Below the pieces are notes generated by a model. That model saw only the letters and a list, made by a program, of their open reading frames with translations, was not told the origin of the DNA and searched no databases. Below, piece after piece: positions 53,378 through 64,000 of a stretch of DNA of 64,000 bases. The DNA is from Octopus sinensis (lineage: Eukaryota), in NCBI RefSeq assembly GCF_006345805.1, contig NC_043009.1:24924001-24988000 (forward strand), written 5' to 3'. The position numbers and the translations under genes are program-made. Position 1 is the first letter of the stretch. Every line of letters starts with the position of its first letter.

Positions 53378-53856
53378 GGAATTCACTAAAGGTGAACTCC
53401 CTTACGCTAGCCACTAAAAGTTGTTCTCAAGAAAAAATTTAGCACACCATGAACGTAAGCGGGCAGGACAAATGAAAAATAACAAAAATATAGATTAACT
53501 CTATACAATTGTTTCACTGTTAATAAATTATGCAATTTTACTTACACAATTAATTCGTACACACACACACACACACACACGAATGAATATATCTCACTAC
53601 ACACACATACATACATACACACACATTTAACTTTAATGGTAACGTAGCGTTAGAGTTTTGTCATTCTGGTTTTAAAATAAGTTGAACAGTCAGCAGGAAA
53701 CCATTGGTACCGGAGAAATAACAAAAAATTCGCTTTAAAAATGAACTGTTTATCCACCTTTCCGGTGTCGAGTACTTACTCTTCCAGTACAGAATTAAAT
53801 GTATGTGTGTGGCTGTGCGTATGAGAAAGCATGCACCTGCGTTAGTACATGCAAGA

Positions 53857-53887
<31 letters not shown>

Positions 53888-54304
53888 CATACATACATAC
53901 AAACACACACACACACATACATACATACATACAGTCATGTATGTATTTACAGTCTTACACAACAGACAGACCTGTTAAGATTTGCAGATAAAAATCATGT
54001 TGATAAAGTTATAAAACTAAAAACAAATACAAGAACAAATGTACACACACACACACACACAATACATACAACTCTCTCGCGCGCATGCGCTCTCACATTG
54101 CTTGGGCTTTAGTGTAAAATAAATTTTTTTAAGAAATGTGAAAGCATAGATCAGAGTGTGTGGGGGAGGGCAAAGAGAATGTGATGTAGAAAGGTTATGG
54201 AAGCATTACAGAGATTGTATAGGATAGAGAGAGAGACAAAAAGAGAGAGGGAGAGAGAGAGAGATGAACGAGCAGAGAAAACATGGAGAGTAGGGAGAGA
54301 GAGA

Positions 54305-54342
<38 letters not shown>

Positions 54343-54829
54343 GATGGAGAAAGACAGAGAGAGAGAGACTGTGATGGAGTAGACAGAGAGAGACGGAGAG
54401 GGAGAGAGAGAGTGAGAGAGTCAGACAGACAGACAGACAGACGGAGCATATAACCCACAATATATAATGGAAGAATTATAAAAGACATGGGACTTAGGGA
54501 GGTAAAGAACTGAGTTGGCCCATAGATGGCGGTAGTGGTAGCGGAGGAGGTGGCGGCGGCGTTGGGTTGGTGGGTGGATGGGTGGGTTGGGGGCGGTGAC
54601 GTACAGTTGGTGTCCATGGTGACAGCTTTATGGAGCAAGATATTATAAAACATTAACTACAACAGATCTTTTGTCTTCTACAAGACAACAACAACACAAC
54701 AGCTCGTCCATGTAGCTCATATTGTTTATCGAGATCACATTACACAACACACACAACCACACACGGGTATGTCTGCAGACACACACACACACACACACAT
54801 ATACATGTATCTATATGTGCATATATATA

Positions 54830-54886
<57 letters not shown>

Positions 54887-55371
54887 GAGAGGGAATTCAC
54901 TAAAGGTGAACTCCCTTACGCTAGCCACTAAAAGTTGTTCTCAAGAAAAAATTTAGCACACCATGAACGTAAGCGGGCAGGACAAATGAAAAATAACAAA
55001 AATATAGATTAACTCTATACAATTGTTTCACTGTTAATAAATTATGCAATTTTACTTACACAATTAATTCGTACACACACACACACCACACACACACACG
55101 AATGATATATCTCACTACACACACATACATACATACACACACATTTAACTTTAATGGTAACGTAGCGTTAGAGTTTTGTCATTCTGGTTTTAAAATAAGT
55201 TGAACAGTCAGCAGGAAACCATTGGTACCGGAGAAATAAAAAATTCGCTTTAAAAATGAACTGTTTATCCACCTTTCCGGTGTCGAGTACTTACTCTTCC
55301 AGTACAGAATTAAATGTATGTGTGTGGCTGTGCGTATGAGAAAGCATGCACCTGCGTTAGTACATGCAAGA

Positions 55372-55402
<31 letters not shown>

Positions 55403-56356
55403 CATACATACAAACACACACACACACATACATACATACATACATACATACATACATACAGTCATTGTATGTATTTACAGTCTTACACAACAGACAGACC
55501 TGTTAAGATTTGCAGATAAAAATCATGTTGATAAGTTATAAAACTAAAAACAAATACAGAACAATGTACACACACACACCACACACACACAATACATACA
55601 ACTCTCTCGCGCGCATGCGCTCTCACATTGCTTGGGCTTTAGTGTAAAATAAATTTTTTTAAGAAATGTGAAAGCATAGATCAGAGTGTGTGGGGGAGGG
55701 CAAAGAGAATGTGATGTAGAAAGGTTATGGAAGCATTACAGAGATTGTATAGGATAGAGAGAGAGACAAAAAGAGAGAGGGAGAGAGAGAGAGATGAACG
55801 AGCAGAGAAAACATGGAGAGTAGGGAGAGAGAGAGAGGGAGAACGAGAGAAAGACAGAGAGAGAGAGACTGTGATGGAGAAAGACAGAGAGAGAGAGACT
55901 GTGATGGAGTAGACAGAGAGAGACGGAGAGAGAGAGAGAGACGGGGAGAGAGAGAGAGAGAGTCAGACAGACAGACAGACGGAGCATATAACCCACAATA
56001 TATAATGGAAGAATTATAAAAGACATGGGACTTAGGGAGGTAAAGAACTGAGTTGGCCCATAGATGGCGGTAGTGGTAGCGGAGGAGGTGGCGGCGGCGT
56101 TGGGTTGGTGGGTGGATGGGTGGGTTGGGGGCAGTGACGTACAGTTGGTGTCCATGGTGACAGCTTTATGGAGCAAGATATTATAAAACATTAACTACAA
56201 CAGATCTTTTGTCTTCTACAAGACAACAACAACAACAACAGCTCGTCCATGTAGCTCATATTGTTTATCGAGATCACATTACACAACACACACAACCACA
56301 CACGGGTATGTCTGCAGACACACACACACACACACACACATATACATGTATCTATA

Positions 56357-56428
<72 letters not shown>

Positions 56429-56438
56429 ATACATACAT

Positions 56439-56471
<33 letters not shown>

Positions 56472-56983
56472 TTCACATACGCTCGTATACATGAATACAC
56501 ACAATCACACACAATCCTTTATACACCTAGATACATAATAGTTAACACGCACTTGCAATACCACACATATACACATACACGTGCATACACACACTCAAGA
56601 TATCTGCTGACTAAATTACGTGTCTTCTCGCCAATAAACACACACATGTATACACACACACACATGTATACACACACACACATGTATACACACACACACA
56701 ACTACGTTCCAGCTGACTAACTATCCCTCCTTCTCTTCTTCCTCTTCCTTGTACCCCCACCCTCATCCGACACACCACTGCCATCCAGCTGCTGCCACGG
56801 TGCACCAGGCCGGACCATCATGGATTTGGCGAGAGAGAGAGTGAGAAAGAAAGAGAAATAGAGACAGAGAGACAGACAGACAGACAGACAGAGAAAAGCA
56901 GAGACACACATTGAGAAAGAATGAGCCAGAGAGCGAGCGAAAAGGAGAAAGAAAGAGGTGGGGAGATCATCATGGATTTGTGC

Positions 56984-57042
<59 letters not shown>

Positions 57043-57566
57043 TGAACGAGCAGAGAAAACATGGAGAGTAGGGAGAGAGAGAGAGGGAGAACGAGAGAAA
57101 GACAGAGAGAGAGAGACTGTGATGGAGAAAGACAGAGAGAGAGAGAGACTGTGATGGAGTAGACAGAGAGAGACGGAGAGGGAGAGAGAGAGAGAGAGAG
57201 AGTCAGACAGACAGACAGACAGACAGACGGAGCATATAACCCACAATATATAATGGAAGATTATAAAAGACATGGGACTTAGGGAGGTAAAGAACTGAGT
57301 TGGCCCATAGATGGCGGTAGTGGTAGCGGAGGAGGTGGCGGCGGCGTTGGGTTGGTGGGTGGATGGGTGGGTTGGGGGCGGTGACGTACAGTTGGTGTCC
57401 ATGGTGACAGCTTTATGGAGCAAGATATTATAAAACATTAACTACAACAGATCTTTTGTCTTCTACAAGACAACAACAACAACAACAACAGCTCGTCATG
57501 TAGCTCATATTGTTTATCGAGATCACATTACACAACACACACAACCACACACGGGTATGTCTGCAG

Positions 57567-57603
<37 letters not shown>

Positions 57604-57615
57604 CATGTATCTATA

Positions 57616-57662
<47 letters not shown>

Positions 57663-58047
57663 ATACATACATACATACATACATACATACACACACACAT
57701 TCACATACGCTCATATACATGAATACACACAATCACACACAATCCTTTATACACCTAGATACATAATAGTTAACACGCACTTGCAATAACCACACATATA
57801 CACATACACGTGCATACACACACTCAAGATATCTGCTGACTAAATTACGTGTCTTCTCGCCAATAAACACACACATGTATACACACACACACACACACAT
57901 GTATACACACACACACAACTACGTTCCAGCTGACTAACTATCCCTCCTTCTCTTCTTCCTCTTCCTTGTACCCCCACCCTCATCCGACACACCACTGCCA
58001 TCCAGCTGCTGCCACGGTGCACCAGGCCGGACCATCATGGATTTGGC

Positions 58048-58131
<84 letters not shown>

Positions 58132-58654
58132 GAAAAGCAGAGACACACATTGAGAAAGAATGAGCCAGAGAGCGAGCGAAAAGGAGAAAGAAAGAGGTGG
58201 GGAGATCATCATGGATTTGTGCGCGTGTGTGTGTGTGAGAGAGAGAGAGAGATGAACGAGCAGAGAAAACATGGAGAGTAGGGAGAGAGAGAGAGAGAGA
58301 GAGATGCATCGAAACTATAATGGATTGGTGGGAGAAAGAGACAAACAGACAGACAGATGCGACAAGATAGAGATACACAATGTGTCTCACAATGTGAGAG
58401 AGAGAGTGAAGGAGAGTGACACAAACAGATAGAGACAGGGAGAGAGACGAACACACACACACACATGTATACACACACACACAACTACGTTCCAGCTGAC
58501 TAACTATCCCTCCTTCTCTTCTTCCTCTTCCTTGTACCCCCACCCTCATCCGACACACCACTGCCATCCAGCTGCTGCCACGGTGCACCAGGCCGGACCA
58601 TCATGGATTTGGCGAGAGAGAGAGGGAGAGAGAGAGTGAGAAAGAAAGAGAAAT

Positions 58655-58697
<43 letters not shown>

Positions 58698-58790
58698 GAA
58701 AAGCAGAGACACACATTGAGAAAGAATGAGCCAGAGAGCGAGCGAAAAGGAGAAAGAAAGAGGTGGGGAGATCATCATGGATTTGTGCGC

Positions 58791-58862
<72 letters not shown>

Positions 58863-59010
58863 TCGAAACTATAATGGATTGGTGGGAGAAAGAGACAAAC
58901 AGACAGACAGATGCGACAAGATAGAGATACACAATGTGTCTCACAATGTGAGAGAGAGAGTGAAGGAGAGTGACACAAACAGATAGAGACAGGGAGAGAG
59001 ACGAACACAC
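53371..59010. repeat. Complex nested near-identical tandem duplication
   Basis: Unit A (about 1514 bp) starts at 53371 and 54885, with a partial third at about 57040; block B at about 56470, 57670 and (partial) 58460; block C at about 58305 and 58858. Confidence 0.9.
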
Positions 59011-59399
59011 ACACACACAATGAAAGAGAAAGACAGAAGAGAGAGAGAGGGGGAGGGGAGAAAGAAAGTTATAAGAAGTTACCGTTGTTGTTGTTGTTGT
59101 TTCGCCCTGGGTCAGATGTTATCCGGTACAACATTATGAGACGACATGCTCCAGGCGAGCCGACCGAATCATTCGAGAGTCAGGAAATATGCCTTCCAGT
59201 AATTTTTATCCCGGCTCCTTATGTTCTGGGTTCAAATACTATGGAAATCAACTTTACCTTTTTATCACTCAGTGGTGTGGTAAATAGTAGTCAAATACTG
59301 AGGATATCGGCTAACGACCACCACCAACAAAATTTCTGAACCTGTGTCAGCTAGAAATTTTGTAAAACCATTTTTTAAATCCTAACCCTAACCTAATTT

Positions 59400-59680
59400 T
59401 GCGTTGTCCCGACTCACTGCGATCTGGTGTCAAATCTTGCCGAGGCCAAACTTCGTCTTTCATCGATTTGGGATGGGGTCGATGAAATGAAATACCAGTT
59501 GCGCACTGGGGTTGATGTAATCGACATCCCCCTCTCTCTTCAAAACTGGAGGCCTTGAGCCAAAAATTAGAGAGAATTAAAGTAGAATCATAAGTGCGTC
59601 GGACAAAAAGCTTAGCGGCATTTCTTCAGGCTCCTTTATAGGACTTGGGCCTTTAGTAGAAAGAAGGATTATTATTATTA

Positions 59681-59714
<34 letters not shown>

Positions 59715-59915
59715 GGCAACGACCAGGCAGAATCGTTAGCGCACTGGACGAAACGCTTACTCGCATTTTGTCTGTTTTTGCGTTCTGAGTTCAAATTCCG
59801 CCGAGGTCGATTTTGCCTTTCATCCTTTAGGGGTCCATAAAATAAGTACCAGTTGAACACTGGAGACGATGTAATCGATTTACTCCCCCCACGAAATTGC
59901 TGGTCTTGAGCCAAA
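59400..59915 (+). mobile_element. Two SINE family B copies joined by (TAT)n
   Basis: Copies at about 59400-59570 and 59713-59915. Confidence 0.75.
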
Positions 59916-60574
59916 ATTATCATTATCATTATTATTATTAACATAGTTTTTAATCATTTGCATACATTATATTATCCATATTTCTAGGCGCCAAAATAGT
60001 GTTTGTTAATTTAAGGAAAGAGTGACCACTCTTTCTAATAAACTAAATAGAGAAAGAGAGAGGGAGAACGAGAGAAAGTGAGAGAGAGCAGTCTATCAGT
60101 GATTCGTTATTGTGTGTATGTGTGGGAGGGAGTGAGGGTTGTAAAATGATTCCATAATAAAGTTGAAATAAAAACCCAGCTTTACTACTTCACCAACAGC
60201 CAGCCACTCCTCACCGGCTGTTTCCCTATGTGACATTTCAATCATCAGTGATCATATTAAATTGTAGTATAGGCGACCACAGATACTGGACACAGGTGGA
60301 ATCGATTGGCGAAACGGCTGATAGGATGCATGTGTTCAAGTCGGTTTTACAGTGGTTAAAGAAAACCATCTCTTTGGGGCAGGAGAGGGGTTGCGAAGAT
60401 TTTAAAAAGTGGCAAACAATTGCAGTGATTAATAACGATAATAGTAATCTACTAAAGGCATAAGGCCAGCAATTTTAGGGTGGATGGGTGGGTGGGCCCC
60501 TCGATTAGATCGACCCCAGTACGCAATATATCAAACACGAAAAACAAAGTCGACCTCGGCGGAATTTGAACCAC

Positions 60575-60820
60575 AGACGAAGTACCTATTTCTTTACTAC
60601 CCACTAAGGTCTAAACATAGAGGGGACAAACAAGGACAGACAAACGGATTAAGTCGATTACATCGACCCCAGTGCGTAACTGGTACTTATTTAATCGACC
60701 CCGAAAGGATGAAAGGCGAAGTCGACCTCGGCGGAATTTGAACTCAGAACGTAGCGGCAGCAGACGAAATACCTCTAAGCATTTCGCCCGGCGTGCCAAC
60801 GTTTCTGCCAGCTCGCTGTC
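60575..60820 (-). mobile_element. tRNA-derived SINE family B, best-preserved copy (adjacent partial copy at 60450-60570)
   Basis: On minus: gcgagctggcagaaacgttggcacgccgggcgaaatgctt...ctgagttcaaattccgccgaggtcgacttcgcctttcatcctttcggggtcgattaaataagtaccag. A/B-box-like head; central segment resembles Meta/Nin-type SINE domains (from memory, unverified). Confidence 0.85.
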
Positions 60821-61500
60821 TTAATAATAATAATAATAAAATTTATGAAATTGGATATATTACTTAGATAAATTGAACACAGATCACACTATATAAACAG
60901 AATGTTTAACGATGAGAACATGAACACACCTGAAAACAAAGATAGACACGAATACACAGGATCAGAGAAACAGAGACAGGAACGTATCCATATTCTACCG
61001 CTTCCCTTCTAAGGTTGGTAGTGACGTTCCTACGCAAAGAAAGACAGCAAAATACTTATCTATGCATTAACCACACCTCTCTGCCTTGTTCCCCCCCCCC
61101 CACATACATATAACATGCCAAGGCATCACAGACAACAATCTATCTGTTACGATGATAACATAACTAAGAGCATATCACGCACACACACACATTCGCAGAG
61201 TTCTATTTCTCACTCCTTCAACACAAAGCCGCTGACCAGTGCGAGTAAGATTTTATGTGTATTACACACACACAACGCCAGCATCGGTTAGCTAGGTATG
61301 TAGACAGGTGTAGTGGTGATGGACCTTGTGATATAGATCGAAATGAACTGTAAGTATGAGAGAGTTATTCGCGCTTCTCTCTGTGTGTGTGTACGGATTC
61401 ATGCACGTTTAGACAGACAGACAAATAGACAGGGATGTATGTATGGATGGATGGATGGATGGATGGATGGAAGACAAATAGATATACAGATAGATAGATG

Positions 61501-61602
<102 letters not shown>

Positions 61603-62776
61603 CAGATGGACAAACAGACAACTAGACACGCAGACAGACAGATAAATATATAGACGGACAGACAGACAGTTGATTCGCTCAACTAAAACCCTTCAAAGCG
61701 GTGCCCCAGCATGACCACTCTGCAATGACTGGAACATGAAAAAGATTTTTTAAATTGTGTACACACACACACAAACTATAAATAACCTATCAATAGTCAC
61801 TGGCTGAGTGTACCTGTACATAATTCGTTTCCTTTTAAAATGTCTCTCTGTATGTATATGTTATATATACGTGTGTAGGTGTGTGTGTGTACATGTAATC
61901 GTGCGTGTATTAATCTGTGTCTAAACACAAATTAGAACGAACCACAAAAACAAAACAGTCCATCAGAACAACAAATAAAAAAAAAATCAGTAGTAATAGT
62001 AGTAGGACAGTGCCCCACCCTCACCGGCTATTAGTTACAAACACCACCTCTAACGTGGTATCTCTCCACCATCAGACACATCAAACACCAAGAGACATCT
62101 ACCGACTCTTCGTTTCACCCCGCCCCTCTCCACAGCGCCCACTTAACATCTCCGACGGACATGAAAACCTGAATAAAATTACACTTTAACCCCTTTCGCA
62201 AAAAAAAAAAAAGAAAAAGGGATCTACCCTCACAATTTTGCTTGTTTTCTATCCTTCCATATGACCATCAGACAAATTTATCCACACGCACGCACAAATT
62301 TTCACGCATTCACTACGCCGAACCCATGAACGAGCGAACGAGGAGCCGTCTTCGCAGCTGCTCAGACTGCTAGATACAACAGTTTAATCTCACTCAAACC
62401 ACATTTTATAGAAAGGCTTAACAAGTTTGACGTAGGAATAGCCATCGAACGTTGTCATCTCAGTCTGGAGAAGCAAGAGGCTAAACGACCACAGCAACCC
62501 CAAGAACACATGTTTATTATACATGTATGTAGAGGGAATGAGATTGAGAGAAGGTGGTGAATGTATACACGTAATAAGGCATGTTACAAAACGAAGCTGA
62601 TGAGGGAAAAGAGAGGGCGTAAATATACCTAAAGTCACAGACATCAAAGGGAAAACGAACATGAGAGAACAGAGACAGTGAAATCCCAGGCGTGTTTCAA
62701 AGCAAGAGGCAAACCCATCTCCACTTCTACCTATCAAACATATAAATGTGTGTGTGTGTATGTGTGTGTGAGGGTT

Positions 62777-63125
62777 AGGCATGGCGTAGCTGTGTGGTAA
62801 GACGTTTCCTTCGCAACTGTATGGCTCCGAGTTCAATCCCACTGCATAGCACCTTGGCCAAGCGTTTTTTACTTATAGCCTTGGGCCGACCTAAAGCTTT
62901 CTGAGTGGGATCTGGTAGACGGAAATTGAAAGAAACCTGATGTGCGTGCGTATGTGTATGTGTGTGTGTGTGTGTGTTCCCTTTTACTGCTTGACAATTG
63001 GTGTTGACGTGTTCACGACCCCGTAAAAAGGAAAAGTACTGGGAATGATCCATTCAACTAAAATTTTTAAATGCTGTGCCCCAGCATGACGGAGGGCTAA
63101 TGACTGAAACAGATTCAGTTAAAAG
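62777..63125 (+). mobile_element. SINE family A
   Basis: ggcatggcgtagctgtgtggtaag...gtgccccagcatgacgg. Confidence 0.75.
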
Positions 63126-63559
63126 AGAGAAAAAAAAAAAAGAAAAGCAAAATCGTGGGGCCTCCAGTCGGAGACAACATAATGAGAGAGAGATTTGCCA
63201 TTTCTTGCTGAACAGGCTACACAAATGATCTGCTTCCAGGGACCAAATGTTTGTGTTGTCCATTAGCTCACTCACATTATCTAACTGACAATACACTAAA
63301 AGATCATAAGTGCTAAGTGTGAAATAACTGATTAGATTAAAGGTTTTCATTTTCTTCCAGGGTTAACCCAGCCACCAGCACCACCAGGCCAAATCAAACC
63401 ACATACACAATATTAAACAATTTAACCAAATTACCTTACTTATATCGAGAGCAGCTGAGGGTAAAAGAATTCAAACCTGCAACTGTTTACACTCATTATG
63501 TTTCTTTACAAATACTTTTATGAGGAATAAATATATATATATATATATATATAATATAT

Positions 63560-63593
<34 letters not shown>

Positions 63594-63867
63594 GAAAAAG
63601 GGACACACACACGCACAACAGGTTTCTTTTAGTTAGTGGGTAGCGATTTTCTTCACTACTTCAGGGAGTGACGACCCTGCCTGACACGAGTCCCGGGCTG
63701 AAGTACTCGATATGGCTTGCTTAGCCATCAGTGGGTGATTATCTAAGCAAGACAAAACTTCGAAATCCCTGTCAACACTATTCTTCAAGAATAAAAAAAA
63801 AACCTATATACACACCAACAAACCAACACGCAATCAGGAAAAGTCTAAATTAAAAGGTCGGACGCAG

Positions 63868-63898
63868 TGTCAGTCACGTGATCATCACGTGACCGACA
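63868..63898. promoter_or_regulatory. Double E-box palindrome (CLEAR/USF/MITF-type)
   Basis: tgtcagtcacgtga-tca-tcacgtgaccgaca: 14-bp inverted repeat (1 mismatch) containing GTCACGTGA twice. Confidence 0.45.
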
Positions 63899-64000
63899 TA
63901 GTACCACATTACATAAATTGTTGATCGGATAAACACGCCAGGTGAAAGGGGAAAGAATTAGATATTATTTCTGTTATTATTTCTTTATTTTTTTTGTGTT

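Noticed and set aside
54081-54090. NRF1/EWG-like GCGCATGCGC (duplicated at 55611-55620)
   Set aside because: Single short motif next to microsatellites; the second copy is due to the duplication; no other promoter evidence.
54195-57438. Repeated minus-strand ORF MFYNILLHKAVTMDTNCTSPPP...
   Set aside because: Runs into CT microsatellite, and its frame is broken differently in each near-identical copy.
59378-59395. cctaaccctaacctaa telomere-like sequence (also gggttaggattagg near 44900)
   Set aside because: Only 2-3 imperfect units; expected by chance.
62596-62610. CTGATGAgggaaaag
   Set aside because: No stem II between the core halves; chance match.
63680-63715. ctgacac-gagt...actc-gata hammerhead-like arrangement
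   Set aside because: Three core positions deviate and there is no stem I/III support.

Overview
Eukaryotic, AT-rich, microsatellite-saturated non-coding DNA. From my recollection of the SINE sequences it is most likely a coleoid cephalopod (Octopus); this is an inference, not a database result. I cannot support any protein-coding gene: almost all supplied ORFs are translations of (TA)n/(CA)n/(GA)n/(GATA)n/(CAC)n tracts or of SINEs. The window is dominated by at least four tRNA-derived SINE families (dozens of copies), RTE-type 3' ends, several small DNA-transposon derivatives (hAT with 8-bp TSDs, Tc1/mariner-like, Helitron-like), Penelope-like fragments, a complex near-identical tandem duplication (53.4-59.0 kb) and a 100-N scaffold gap (39340-39439). 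The most notable observations are: (i) minimal type I hammerhead ribozyme folds in three different Penelope/retrozyme-like repeat sequences (19417-19452 +, 19572-19619 +, 25440-25500 -, plus a decayed copy at 4380-4415); (ii) a sharp CpG-decay boundary near 13.2 kb next to a strongly C/G-skewed tract, suggesting the edge of a methylated gene body; (iii) a head-to-tail Helitron junction (CTAG|TC); (iv) tightly spaced inverted SINE pairs that could form long dsRNA; (v) a double-E-box palindrome at the right end. SINE boundaries are approximate (about +/-15 bp).
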